From positions 1 to 30,050 of the forward strand of contig JAGGVJ010000023.1 of NCBI GenBank assembly GCA_021158055.1: DNA of 30,050 nucleotides. Direction: 5' to 3'. The notes under the pieces were generated by a model. It worked only from the letters and a program-made list of their open reading frames with translations, made no database searches and was not told the DNA's origin. Made by a program: the position numbers and the translations under genes. How positions within the stretch are numbered: position 1 is the stretch's first letter; each line of letters starts with the position of its first letter. Origin of the DNA: Candidatus Iainarchaeum sp. (GTDB lineage: Archaea > Iainarchaeota > Iainarchaeia > JAGGVJ01). Of this stretch, positions 18,565 through 29,080 are shown piece after piece.

Positions 18565-19818
18565 ATGGCAGGAAATCTAAAGCGATACGAAAAAATTGTT
18601 GGAAAAAAAATCATAAACGAAATATACTCCAAAGTAGACAAGCTTTCGGGAAAGCATATTGTCTGCATCAACTCGACCAACCAGGGAGGGGGGGTTGCAG
18701 AAATACTGAACAGTCTTGTGTTCTTATTCAATGAAACCGGGTTAAGTTTCGGGTGGAGAACCCTGCACGGAACCCCTGACTTTTTTGGGGTCACAAAAAA
18801 GTTCCACAACGCATTGCAGAGCGGGAAAATCCGTCTGTCAGAGAGAAAGAAAAAAGTATATTGCGAGACAAACAGGAGGTTCTCGGCGTTCACGCACATA
18901 AACCACGACCTTGTCATAATCCACGATCCCCAGCCGCTGCCCTTGATTGACTTCTACGAAAAAAAAGAGCCGTGGATATTCAGGTTCCATGTAGACCTGT
19001 CCGACCCCAATCCAAGGCTCTGGAATTACCTGAAAAAATTCGTTGAAAAATACGACCACGTAGTTGTCTCAAAAGAAGAATTCAAAAAAGATGATTTAAA
19101 CGTTCCGCAAAGCGTTATCTGCCCGGCAATAGACCCGCTGAGCTTCAAGAACAAGCCCTTGTCTGCAAAAACCATCAACAAATGCATGACTGCATTCGGG
19201 ATTGACATGAACCGGCCCATAATCTCCCAAGTATCAAGGTTTGACAAGTGGAAATGCCCACTTGACGTAATAACAATTTTTGAGCTGGTCAGGAAAGAAA
19301 TCGACTGCCAACTAATCATGCTCGGGTCGCTTGCAACAGACGACCCTGAAGGCCAGGCGCTGTTTAAAAAAACCGAGAAAAGAATGGAAAAAAGCAAATA
19401 CAAAAAAGACATCAGGTTAATCCTACTTGAAAGCAACATTTTGGCAAACGCCGTGCAACGGGCGTCATCAGTGGTGATACAGAAATCCTCAAAAGAAGGA
19501 TTCGGACTCGTGGTCTCGGAAAGCATGTATAAAGGCACTCCGGTTGTGGCTTCCCGCGTCGGGGGAATCCCCTTGCAGATAATCGACGGAGTCAACGGAT
19601 TCCTGCACGAACCCGAAGACATTAAAGGATTCAGCAAAAGCGTAATCAAACTGATGAAAGACAAAAAGCTGAGGGAAAAATTCGGGAAAAACGGAAAAGA
19701 ACACATAACACGCAATTTTCTTATCACAAGACTGATGCTTGACTGGCTCAACCTGTTTGAAAAATACCTGCTAAAACCAGGCAAGAAAGCTAAAATAAGC
19801 AAAAAGCTGGAAATGTAA
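18565..19818 (+). CDS. treT: GT4 glycosyltransferase, trehalose synthase TreT-like
   Basis: INST.QGGGVAEIL, FF.VTKKFHNALQ, IHDPQP, QVSRFDKWK, DDPEG and QKS.KEGFGLVVSE. Confidence 0.88.
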   Translation: MAGNLKRYEKIVGKKIINEIYSKVDKLSGKHIVCINSTNQGGGVAEILNSLVFLFNETGLSFGWRTLHGTPDFFGVTKKFHNALQSGKIRLSERKKKVYCETNRRFSAFTHINHDLVIIHDPQPLPLIDFYEKKEPWIFRFHVDLSDPNPRLWNYLKKFVEKYDHVVVSKEEFKKDDLNVPQSVICPAIDPLSFKNKPLSAKTINKCMTAFGIDMNRPIISQVSRFDKWKCPLDVITIFELVRKEIDCQLIMLGSLATDDPEGQALFKKTEKRMEKSKYKKDIRLILLESNILANAVQRASSVVIQKSSKEGFGLVVSESMYKGTPVVASRVGGIPLQIIDGVNGFLHEPEDIKGFSKSVIKLMKDKKLREKFGKNGKEHITRNFLITRLMLDWLNLFEKYLLKPGKKAKISKKLEM

Positions 19819-19847
19819 CTGACACCGTGTTTTAGTTAAAGGCATAA

Positions 19848-22800
19848 TTACTCAACAAACTCTGCTTCTACTTTCACGTAACTTATCCTGTTCAAAGGGT
19901 CATTGCTTATTATTGCTATTTCCTTCTCGTAAACTTCCCCCGCCTGATAGCTTTCTAAAGATTCAAATTGACGGAAAAAATAAAACCCAATCATCTGCCT
20001 TTCCCCGGGTTCAAGAGTCATGTAGCTTTCGTCCGGTTTCCTGCCTTCACAGCCCTCACAAGGCGGGAATTCAACTGAATCTGAAGTTGCCCTAAAAAAC
20101 AATGCAGAGTTGCCTTCGTTTTTGACAATGAATTCTTCTGAATTTTTCCCAAGCAAACTTTTTTTGTCCTGAACTTTTCCAAAGTGAATTATGTTCCTGT
20201 CAACAGATAACTTTGGTTTGCCTTCCTGCACATCGTACCTCAACTTCAGAGTCGGGTCCCCCAGCAAAGTCCTCGTAATACCCCAACTTTCTTTAAAGTA
20301 ATCCCCAAAAGTCACTCCCGCTGCCAACGGGAACAAATTATCCAGGAATTCACTCTCAAAAATACACGTGTCTGTGCACCCGTAAACAACTAACCCGTTG
20401 CCTGAAAAAAGATACGCTCCACCAATATAATTTCTACTGGTGAAATCGCAAAGATTGCAACTTTTTAACCAGTAGAACCCGGGCTTTGGTTCTGTTTGCT
20501 TGATATTTCCTGTGAATATGTTTTCTTCGTGCTGGTCCGGTGAACCGTGGCCGTTATATACCACAATTTCATAGGGCTTGCTTAATTTTTCAAGGTATTC
20601 CGCGTCTTTTTGAAGCGGGTCGTCTTCTTCGCTTACGCGGATAAGCTCAATTTCTTCGGGTTTGAACAAGTTTTGAGAAACCATTGAATTTAGCCCGGTT
20701 ATGTATTTTTCTTTTATGAAATCAACGGGTTTTTCCCTGAATTCAAGCAATGGATCATATACAAGTCCGTTATTCAAAAAAGCCAATTTACCTGTTCTGT
20801 ACAAGTGGTTTCTTTCAAAATATCTCTTCAGCAAATCAACCCGTTCTTCCTCACTTGCTTCCTGCTCACTTGTTCCCTGCGCCCAGGCAGTGGGTGCAGT
20901 CAATCTCCCCACCCACACTTTCGGGTTTTTCCATTTTAAGTTCATTAACGAAGTATTGCCGGTGACTTCGCCTGAATCCGGGTCAATAGCCACTACATTT
21001 TCCTGAATACGGGCTGTGCAGGTGTCCAGATTGTAATAAACAGAACCCGAAGGCAGCTGATATTCGTCAAGAACAACATATTCATCTTCAATGCGCTGAA
21101 AAGGCTTGCTTAGATAATCATAACCTTCATATTCTTCTTCATAATAGCTTTTTATTTCTTCAATAATCTCCTGGCTAAGCGGCTTGCAGGACTCCTCAAT
21201 ATCAGCGTAGTAAAAATCACCGGAAGTGCCTTTGAGGGCATAGCAAACATCTGACACCATTCTCGACGGCTTGAAAAACAGCACGAAAGGTATTTTCCCC
21301 ACAAGAAGCACCCCGGTTACAGAATCCTTGTTTTCAAGAATTACCTCTTTTATCCGCTCCGGAGACTCCCATTCGCCGTGATAGATCTCCACGTCAAAAC
21401 CAAGTTCGTTTTTAACGTCTTCAGAATATGTGTCCAAGTAAGGTTGGAGGGATCCAAATATTTTCTCCTCTACAAAGACCAAAACTTTACAGCTTTCAGA
21501 ATTGCATGCCGGCTCAACAAAAGGAGGGACAAACCGCTCGACAAACAACCCGCTCAACTCAGAAAAAAGCATGGGCTCTTCCGACCCTCTCTTCAGGACA
21601 AACTCAAACAACCTGGCTGCCTGCTCTCTTCCGGTTGCGTCAATTTTTATCCAGAAAGTGTCTGAAAACTCTTTTTCAACAACGATATTGTTGATTTTGG
21701 AACCGGCGTCAACTGTTATTATTGTCCGCGGGGTTATCCTTGAATCGTTGATTAATGACCAACGCAGGTCATTAAATGACCTGATCACGTCATCAAAATC
21801 ATCAAAATTTTTCTCTGAAGGCAGCTTGTCTCTTTTTATCACATGCGTTAAAGGAATAAATCCGACTGCAACTTTTTCTAAAATTTGTTTTGTTTCATTG
21901 GTGTCTGTCACCACAAAAGTGTTCAGCGGGTTCAAGGCGTTTCCGAGATTCTCCAGGTTTACTTCGCAATATTCCGGCAACTCTTTTTTGTCTTTTATTT
22001 GGAGTGAAATATAACTTGAACCTGCTAAATAATCCTTGTATTTCATTGTCAGATCAAAAACGTATTCCCCGCAGGATTCGCTGAAAGGGACTTCATTGAA
22101 ATTTGTGTAAAACACATCGTCTAAAAGAGGCTTGACTGACAAATCATCATCACTGTAGAGGATTCCCGGAAAATCTGAAAAAAATGACCCGCTTTCTATC
22201 CTTTCAAGCTTGACATTCGAAGCGCTGAACGGCTCGGCAAAATCGTCAAAAGAAGCATACTTTAACCTTGCCTTGAATCCGTTTTCAAGCTCAGACCTTA
22301 ATTTGCTCCAGACCCCCCTCATGGATTCCAGAAATTGGTCTGGCAGGGCTTCACTTTCAAGCACTTTTTCAAGCAGGTTCCTGTAATCGCAGTAAGAACA
22401 GTCCAATTGCGCAACTTCAGGCGACTGCCGAAGCGACTCAAGCAAATGCCGCCTCAACTGCACTTGCGCCAGAATCTGGGCTGCGTCACAAAAGTTTTTT
22501 TCACAGGAACCCATTATTTCAAGAAGTCCTTCCGATGAAAGTTTCCCGTATTCAATAGTGATATCCTTTGGACTCTTCAAACTAAAGTATTCTGTCTTGT
22601 AACTTGTCGGAAAAGTTTTGCTGTCATCCACGGTAAAATTTAAGTTTCCAGCAACCCGAAGCCCGTCGCCAGCCCCGTCAATGTGGTTGGAGGTATTCGT
22701 TGATTTTTCCTGAAACAGTTCAAGGCATCTCTGCCTGTATTGAGAGTATTCCCCGACCAGCTTTTCGCAATCATCTTCTGTTATTGCCCCGCCGGCTTTC

Positions 22801-22961
22801 AACCCTTCAAAGCACTGGTCCTGCTGTTGCTTGGTCGGAAGGTCAATGCAGTCTTTTATCTTTGAAACCCTGTCTTTTTCCCCGAACAACTCTCCAAGAC
22901 AGCCGGAAACCAACAAAACAAAAATTAGTGCTGATGCAAGCAAAACTTTTTGACCAAACAT
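19848..22961 (-). CDS. Large lipoprotein with a C25 (gingipain-like) cysteine peptidase domain and a C-terminal Ig-like domain
   Basis: LVSGC lipobox; VLLVGKIP, DFYYAD, P.VWVGRL, NGH805G, SC835 and LLGDPTLKL; then IHFGKV...VKNEGN..L...ISNDP. Confidence 0.75.
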   Translation of the reverse strand: MFGQKVLLASALIFVLLVSGCLGELFGEKDRVSKIKDCIDLPTKQQQDQCFEGLKAGGAITEDDCEKLVGEYSQYRQRCLELFQEKSTNTSNHIDGAGDGLRVAGNLNFTVDDSKTFPTSYKTEYFSLKSPKDITIEYGKLSSEGLLEIMGSCEKNFCDAAQILAQVQLRRHLLESLRQSPEVAQLDCSYCDYRNLLEKVLESEALPDQFLESMRGVWSKLRSELENGFKARLKYASFDDFAEPFSASNVKLERIESGSFFSDFPGILYSDDDLSVKPLLDDVFYTNFNEVPFSESCGEYVFDLTMKYKDYLAGSSYISLQIKDKKELPEYCEVNLENLGNALNPLNTFVVTDTNETKQILEKVAVGFIPLTHVIKRDKLPSEKNFDDFDDVIRSFNDLRWSLINDSRITPRTIITVDAGSKINNIVVEKEFSDTFWIKIDATGREQAARLFEFVLKRGSEEPMLFSELSGLFVERFVPPFVEPACNSESCKVLVFVEEKIFGSLQPYLDTYSEDVKNELGFDVEIYHGEWESPERIKEVILENKDSVTGVLLVGKIPFVLFFKPSRMVSDVCYALKGTSGDFYYADIEESCKPLSQEIIEEIKSYYEEEYEGYDYLSKPFQRIEDEYVVLDEYQLPSGSVYYNLDTCTARIQENVVAIDPDSGEVTGNTSLMNLKWKNPKVWVGRLTAPTAWAQGTSEQEASEEERVDLLKRYFERNHLYRTGKLAFLNNGLVYDPLLEFREKPVDFIKEKYITGLNSMVSQNLFKPEEIELIRVSEEDDPLQKDAEYLEKLSKPYEIVVYNGHGSPDQHEENIFTGNIKQTEPKPGFYWLKSCNLCDFTSRNYIGGAYLFSGNGLVVYGCTDTCIFESEFLDNLFPLAAGVTFGDYFKESWGITRTLLGDPTLKLRYDVQEGKPKLSVDRNIIHFGKVQDKKSLLGKNSEEFIVKNEGNSALFFRATSDSVEFPPCEGCEGRKPDESYMTLEPGERQMIGFYFFRQFESLESYQAGEVYEKEIAIISNDPLNRISYVKVEAEFVE

Positions 22962-23016
22962 ATAATCAATGTATAACTAACCAAGTTTATAATTATTGCA
23001 CTTTTACATCGTTTTT

Positions 23017-25668
23017 TCAATCTGCAAACTCTTTCTTAGGAACAAACCACACAACCGCTTTTGTCAATGCGATGGTCAAAACCCAACCCACTGCAAGCGT
23101 GACAGCAATTGCGGTCCACATTTCAAGTGTCAAAGGCACAACACTGAAAAACTCGCCCAAAGGAGTGTACAAAAGCACAACGTGCAAACCCAGGGCAACA
23201 ATCAAAGCCAGATTCAGCCACTTGTTTGAAAAAAACGGCGTTTTTTCCTGGTGCCTGATTGCGGCAATCAACAACAGCTCATAGAAAACAAGCGCCGTGA
23301 AAACAATTGTCTTTGCCGCTTCAAGGCCGAACAAATTGACTGAAACAAAAAACAATGCAATGAGCAAAAGCCCAATCTTAAACCCAATAATTGCAACCAG
23401 CCACACCAACTGCTTGTTGATTATGTTCTCGCCTGAATCCCTGGGCTTGACTTTCATCACATCCTTTTTCGGCGGGTCGGCGCCCAAAGCAATAGCCGGC
23501 AGGCCGTCAGTTAAAAGGTTTACCCACAGGATCTGAACCGCGCCCAAGGGAAAAAACCCCAGAAAAGACGTGAAAAGCACGAGAATCACTTCTGAAAAAT
23601 TGCAGGTTAAAAGCAGATTTACAAACTTCCTGATATTTGCAAAAATCGTTCTTCCCTCCTTGATCGAAGCAACAACGTCTGAAAAATCGTCGTCAAGTAT
23701 AATCATGTCAGCAGAACACTTTGCAACATCTGTTCCGCGAATACCCATTGCAACCCCGACTTCCGCCATCTTCAAAGCAGGAACATCGTTTACGCCGTCA
23801 CCGGTCATCACAACGCGATGGCCGCTCGCCTGAAGCAACTTCAAAATCCTGACTTTGTGAGACGGGGAAAGCCTTGCAAAAACATTGACTTTGGGAAGCA
23901 GATCCGAAAACTCGCTGTCAGACAACAGGTCAATTTCGTTTCCGTCAAGAGCGACTGTTCCGATACCCACCCTTTCCGCAACCACTTTAGCAGTGAGCTT
24001 GTTGTCCCCGGTCAGCATTATGACCCTGATTCCCGCAGAATGCGCGAGCTTGACTGCCCCGGGCACATCTTGTCTCGGCGGGTCCATCATGGCCTGGAGC
24101 CCCAAAAACACAAGGCCGTTTTCCGCAGCAGAATCATTTGAAATACCCGCAACTTTCCTTGAGGCAAAAGCAAGGACCCTAAGCGACTGCAAAGCAAACT
24201 CATCGCTTTTCCCTAAAATTTCCTTTCGCCTGCTTTCAGAAAGCAAAACCTCTCGTCCGTCAACCAATACTTTGTTGCACCGGCTCAAGATAACTTCCGG
24301 AGCGCCCTTAACAAAAGAAATCTTAAAGTCCCTGAAACCACAAATCACACTCATACGCTTTCTCTCCGAAGAAAACGAAAACTCCTTCAACCTCTGCTTT
24401 TGAGCCCTAAGTTCCCTGACATCAATTCCCGCTTTTGCTGCAACATCCAAAAGGCTGGTCTCTGTGGGGTCACCGATCAGACCTTCTTTCCCGTCAAAAG
24501 AAATGCCGTCGTAAGCATTGTTGCATAAGACACCGCACTCCAAAAGCCCGATCATCTCCCTTAAACCGACAGCATTACCGTCTGAAAGAAAATGCCTGTC
24601 AACGACATCAATTGTTTTTCCGTTAAAAAAAAGTTTCTGGATAACCATCTTATTCTCTGTTATCGTGCCTGTTTTGTCAGTGCAGATCACATCAACAGAA
24701 CCCAGTGTCTCAACAACGGGAAGGCGCCGGACAACCGCGTTTTTCCTGACCATCCTTTGCGTGCCGACTGCAAGCGCAAACGTCACGACCGCAGGAAGCC
24801 CCTCCGGAATGGCTGCCACCGCCAGGCTGATTGAAACCATAAAAACATTCAGGAGATAACCCGCCTCCAGAAATTTTTCGCTGTAAAAAACAAACTGGAC
24901 CAGAACAATAAGCACGACCAAACCCGCTAATCCAAAGCCGATCTTTTTGCCGAGAGTGTTTATTTCAACCTGAAAAGACGCGGGTTTTTGTTCTGTCCTG
25001 TTAACTTCCTCTGCAATGGAACCCACTTCAGTTTTCATGCCCGTCGCGACAACAACAGCCATTCCGGAACCGCGAAGCACATTTGTGCCCATGAACACCA
25101 TGTTGGCCCGCTCGGCAAGGCAAGCGTCTTCAAAAATAACCCTTTCATGCTTGTTTGAGCCCATGCTTTCCCCGGTAAGAGCCGACTCGTCAACCTTTAA
25201 ATCAACTGCCTCAATTATCCGTGCGTCTGCAGGAATAGCTTCCCCTTCCCCGAAAACAATTATGTCTCCCGGAACCAGCTTGCCTGCATCAACAACCATT
25301 TCCCTGTCGTCCCGGATAACAACAGCACGCTTCACAATCATTTTTTTAAGCGCTTCAATGCTTTTTTCCGCACGGTAATCCTGCACAAAACCAAAAACAC
25401 CGTTTATGAAAACAATTGCCGCAATCAGGCACGTGTCAATCATGTGCCCCGCAATAAAAGACACGACTGCCGCCGCAATCAAAATAAGTACCAAAAAATT
25501 CCTGAACTGGGAAAGAAAGATCTTAACCGCACTTGGACCTTGTTTTTCTTCAAGCACGTTCAACCCGTATTTTTTCAGCCTTGAAGCTGATTCAAACAAC
25601 GAAAGCCCCTGTTTTGAAGTTTCAAGTTCTTTAAATATCCTGTCAACAGACTTTATGTGCCATTTCAT
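23017..25668 (-). CDS. Cation-transporting P-type ATPase, type IIA (Ca2+-like)
   Basis: TGES, PEGLP, DKTGT, KGAPE, TGD, GDGVND and NLLTDGLPA. Confidence 0.95.
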   Translation of the reverse strand: MKWHIKSVDRIFKELETSKQGLSLFESASRLKKYGLNVLEEKQGPSAVKIFLSQFRNFLVLILIAAAVVSFIAGHMIDTCLIAAIVFINGVFGFVQDYRAEKSIEALKKMIVKRAVVIRDDREMVVDAGKLVPGDIIVFGEGEAIPADARIIEAVDLKVDESALTGESMGSNKHERVIFEDACLAERANMVFMGTNVLRGSGMAVVVATGMKTEVGSIAEEVNRTEQKPASFQVEINTLGKKIGFGLAGLVVLIVLVQFVFYSEKFLEAGYLLNVFMVSISLAVAAIPEGLPAVVTFALAVGTQRMVRKNAVVRRLPVVETLGSVDVICTDKTGTITENKMVIQKLFFNGKTIDVVDRHFLSDGNAVGLREMIGLLECGVLCNNAYDGISFDGKEGLIGDPTETSLLDVAAKAGIDVRELRAQKQRLKEFSFSSERKRMSVICGFRDFKISFVKGAPEVILSRCNKVLVDGREVLLSESRRKEILGKSDEFALQSLRVLAFASRKVAGISNDSAAENGLVFLGLQAMMDPPRQDVPGAVKLAHSAGIRVIMLTGDNKLTAKVVAERVGIGTVALDGNEIDLLSDSEFSDLLPKVNVFARLSPSHKVRILKLLQASGHRVVMTGDGVNDVPALKMAEVGVAMGIRGTDVAKCSADMIILDDDFSDVVASIKEGRTIFANIRKFVNLLLTCNFSEVILVLFTSFLGFFPLGAVQILWVNLLTDGLPAIALGADPPKKDVMKVKPRDSGENIINKQLVWLVAIIGFKIGLLLIALFFVSVNLFGLEAAKTIVFTALVFYELLLIAAIRHQEKTPFFSNKWLNLALIVALGLHVVLLYTPLGEFFSVVPLTLEMWTAIAVTLAVGWVLTIALTKAVVWFVPKKEFAD

Positions 25669-25870
25669 TTCATATCAGAAAAAAAAAAGGAAAAACAACT
25701 ATAAAAGAACAATTGTTTAAACACGCTGACTGCCAAAAAATAAAAACAAGTCAAATCAAATAATATTGTGCGCGTCAAATACCGTGTCTGCAGGCAAAAG
25801 CTGCTTCAAACCGCAAAACAACCCGCAGTTTTAACAAAAAACCCGTGACCTGCAACAACCATTCCAGACA

Positions 25871-26713
25871 GTGAACAAAATGCACTCAAACAACCCCTCT
25901 CTTCCGGAAGCGAAGCAAACTATTGAAAACGCAATACACTCCGGCAGAATGACTTTAATTGTCGGAGAATGCTCAATAAAATACATGGGGCGCGCCGGCT
26001 CAAAACTCTCAAACGGCGAAAGGCTCATAATCATAAAACAAGACGGCAGTTTTTTAGTGCACCAGAACCAAAAAATGAACCCTGTAAACTACCAGCCACC
26101 CGGGTGCATCTTTCAGCTTTCGATTGAAAACGAAATGACAAAATCCAAAGAAACAACAGGGCCTGAAGAAACAACAGGGTCCGAAAACAATCAAAACTGC
26201 GAAACAGAACTCAAGCTTTCAAGCATAAGAAGAAAGCCAAAAGAAAAAATCGAAGTCATCTTCAAGACCATTTCATTTGTTTCAACGCACAAAATGCACG
26301 ACAACCAATCAATCAGGCTTTTCGGATCGGAAAACCAGCTCTCAGAACTTTTGCTTTCAGACCTTCATCTAATCGAAAAAGGCCTGGTTCCGGTGAAAAA
26401 AGAACAGGTGATGAAAAAAGGAACAGTTGACATCATGGCAAAAGACTCGCACGGCAGGCTTGTTGTAATAGAGCTTAAAAGGCGAAAAGCAGAACTCAAT
26501 GCGGTCTCCCAGCTTTCAAGATACGTTGAAGAAACAAAAAAACTCAAAAACACGCAAGTGCGCGGGATACTCGTGGCGCCGGAAATAACTCCGGGCGCCC
26601 AAAAATACCTTGAAAGAGAAAACCTTGAATTCTTCAAACTGGACTTTTCAATAGGAAACCCGAGCGCGAAAATAAACGGGCTTGAAAGCAAGCAAAAAAC
26701 GCTTTTCGAGTGA
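25871..26713 (+). CDS. nucS: Endonuclease NucS/EndoMS, with a ~20-aa low-complexity insertion
   Basis: Y.GRA.S.L..GERLIIIK.DGS.LVH, PVNYQPPG, VDIMAKD, VIELKR and QL.RY. Confidence 0.93.
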   Translation: MNKMHSNNPSLPEAKQTIENAIHSGRMTLIVGECSIKYMGRAGSKLSNGERLIIIKQDGSFLVHQNQKMNPVNYQPPGCIFQLSIENEMTKSKETTGPEETTGSENNQNCETELKLSSIRRKPKEKIEVIFKTISFVSTHKMHDNQSIRLFGSENQLSELLLSDLHLIEKGLVPVKKEQVMKKGTVDIMAKDSHGRLVVIELKRRKAELNAVSQLSRYVEETKKLKNTQVRGILVAPEITPGAQKYLERENLEFFKLDFSIGNPSAKINGLESKQKTLFE

Positions 26714-26777
26714 CGTTTTTGCTGCCTCCTTTTTGCCCCCGGATTTTATCCGATCTCAAGGCATTGGCTCTTCCTGA

Positions 26778-27488
26778 TTACTCTTCAGGAAACAGATCTT
26801 CCACAGCAGAAACACACACTGACTTCATGAAATCGTCAGCTATCTGTTCGCAGAGTTCCGCGTTTTCCTCGCTGACTGCCTGGTCTATAATGCATGCGTC
26901 GCGGGCAACGGAATCAGAAATCATGTTGCAGTCAGGGTTTTCGCTTGCCAGAACACGGCAGTTTTCCTGCATCATATAATCAAATATACCATCGCAAAAA
27001 GACGGATTTTTGTCCTGAAGCGCAAGGTCATACAAACAATTGTTTTTCAGCGACTGGTCAGTCATCAAATTGCATTCCTGCAACTTCAAAACATAAACAT
27101 CTTCTTCTGCCAGCCCTTCACTTCCTTCTTCAAGAACAAACTCCTCTTCTTCACCAGACAACATCTCTTCTTCAGGCAAGAGCATTTCTGTGTCCGGAAG
27201 CCCAGGCGGGTTTGCCGCTATTTCAAGGGCGCTTGGGGCAGGTTCTTCAACATGCTCATGCGGAAGTCCAACACTGGGAACTGCGGGTTCAGATGAATCC
27301 TGCTCACTGCCTGAAGAAGACTGCGATGCCTGCGCTTGCTCTCCCTGAACTTCCGGAACTGAATCTGATTCCGGAGAAATTATTTCGCTTTCTGAAAAAG
27401 GACCTTTCAAATTGCTGTCCGGAGAAACGCAACCCGCAAACAGGACAACTGCCAATACCGATACCGCAAAGATTTTGCCTGAAAACAT
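26778..27488 (-). CDS. Lipoprotein with an acidic Pro/Ser/Glu linker and about 3 C-terminal Cys repeats
   Basis: LFAGC lipobox; repeats of C..I/M......C...A.......C; CAGGTGG RBS before ATG 27488. Confidence 0.75.
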   Translation of the reverse strand: MFSGKIFAVSVLAVVLFAGCVSPDSNLKGPFSESEIISPESDSVPEVQGEQAQASQSSSGSEQDSSEPAVPSVGLPHEHVEEPAPSALEIAANPPGLPDTEMLLPEEEMLSGEEEEFVLEEGSEGLAEEDVYVLKLQECNLMTDQSLKNNCLYDLALQDKNPSFCDGIFDYMMQENCRVLASENPDCNMISDSVARDACIIDQAVSEENAELCEQIADDFMKSVCVSAVEDLFPEE

Positions 27489-27649
27489 TAAACCACCTGT
27501 CAAAATTATAATCCGCCAATGCTATACTATACAAATCATTATTATGTTAAACTATAATGTCAAAAAACCTTAATATCAAAAGATGTTTAAATACCCTCCC
27601 ACACTTGCAAGCCTTCTTGCAACGCTTAAAAAACAGTCCTATAAGCTTA

Positions 27650-28759
27650 TTAAAGCATTCCAAGCTGCATTGCAATCAACATCCCTACACCAAGGCACAG
27701 GAGGATTATCCCCGCGATGAAATGCAGTACCCCCAGCTTTTCTTTCCTTAACGCTTCTGCTTTTTCAGTGGTTGTAAAGCCGAAGTAAACTGCCAGCGTA
27801 ATTAAAATCATGGGCATGACAAAAATTAAATTGTACAGCAACAGCAAAACCAAAGCATAATCCCTTGTTGCAACTTTTGAAAGCAAGCCGAGTATCACTA
27901 TGTAAGGCCCTGACGTGCATGGAAGCAAAAACAAACTTACCAAAAACCCGATTGCAAACGCCCCGGGAACCGACGTGACCCCCTTGATCAGCGACTTAAG
28001 CTTTGGCCTCCAGCCCATCGGGACTTCCATTACAAACCATTTGCCGTACCACAAATAATCCTTTAGATTAAACAACCCGATAACTATTGCCAAAAACGCT
28101 ACAATCGCGTAAAAAAAATTGGTCATCCCGGTTGCCTGAATGGCAGAATACAAGCCAACGCCCATCAAAAAATATGAAATGAAAATCGACAGGGTAAAAG
28201 CAAAACCGGTCATCAGTGCCTTCTTTTTCTTTTTTGAAGCCAGAACTGTCGTGAGCAGTACAATAAGCACCGCAAAAGCGCACGGGTTAATGGCGTCGAC
28301 AACAGCTGCGAATATCACTGCGGGAACTGTAATCGTCTGCCTGAACTGTTCCTTTTGAGAATTTTCTTCTTCCGCCCCGGGATTTTCGCCGGAAAACTCC
28401 AGACAATTCACTACTTCCTGTTCAATTTCCCCTGCAATTGAATCACTAAAACCGACAATCATTTTACTGCCAATAAAAATAGTGGGGACGCCTTCAATTT
28501 CCCTGTTGAAGTTGTTTGACATCTCAATAAACAGATCCCTTCCCTCTTTATCAAAATAAGTCTCGTACCTGTGGATATTTAACTGCGGGTATTTGTCCTC
28601 AAGAATTTCAAGAAAACTCAATGCTTTAGCGCAATGAGGGCAACCCTGGCCATAGAAAAAATACAGGTCAACTCCGGGATCATTATCCTGAGCCAAAGCC
28701 ACTGAAGGCAACAAGGCAAAACTCAAGGACAAAATAATCAACACAGCGCTAAATCTCAT
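27650..28759 (-). CDS. Extracytoplasmic thioredoxin/glutaredoxin domain fused to a CcdA/DsbD-like transmembrane domain
   Basis: Signal peptide, GCPHC, GVPTIFI, DAINPCAF, LPCTSGPY and LLYNLIFVMP; GAGGTGG RBS. Confidence 0.88.
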   Translation of the reverse strand: MRFSAVLIILSLSFALLPSVALAQDNDPGVDLYFFYGQGCPHCAKALSFLEILEDKYPQLNIHRYETYFDKEGRDLFIEMSNNFNREIEGVPTIFIGSKMIVGFSDSIAGEIEQEVVNCLEFSGENPGAEEENSQKEQFRQTITVPAVIFAAVVDAINPCAFAVLIVLLTTVLASKKKKKALMTGFAFTLSIFISYFLMGVGLYSAIQATGMTNFFYAIVAFLAIVIGLFNLKDYLWYGKWFVMEVPMGWRPKLKSLIKGVTSVPGAFAIGFLVSLFLLPCTSGPYIVILGLLSKVATRDYALVLLLLYNLIFVMPMILITLAVYFGFTTTEKAEALRKEKLGVLHFIAGIILLCLGVGMLIAMQLGML

Positions 28760-29080
28760 GCTCTCCACCTCTTTTTTGAAAAGTAACCAATGTTATCTAT
28801 CAAGTGACCAATATTTTATTAGGTGCGTATTGTTAGATAACCATTTTACTAGATAACTATTAATATTAGACAATTAAATAAGTTATCATTAGATAGCTCG
28901 TCAATTATTCATAAAACGACTTGTATTACTCATAAATTCTTTGATAATCTTAAATCCGCCTTTTTTTAACTTACAGTTTTTGTTTAAATATCTTGTTTAA
29001 AAAACTAATCTCTTATTCAGAAGATTAATAAAAAAAAAGAAAAGCAAGAATAAAAAGCATTCAACTGAAAGTTGCCGCGT

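Noticed and set aside
19026-19802. 258-aa minus-strand ORF and similar antisense ORFs (e.g. 10854-11408, 21502-22014, 23885-24403, 26894-27511)
   Set aside because: Shadow frames of well-supported genes, with no motifs or RBS.
28770-29070. Replication origin or ncRNA in the AT-rich gap
   Set aside because: No ORB-like G-string motif, no cdc6/orc1 and no GC-rich structured segment; no tRNA was recognised in any gap.
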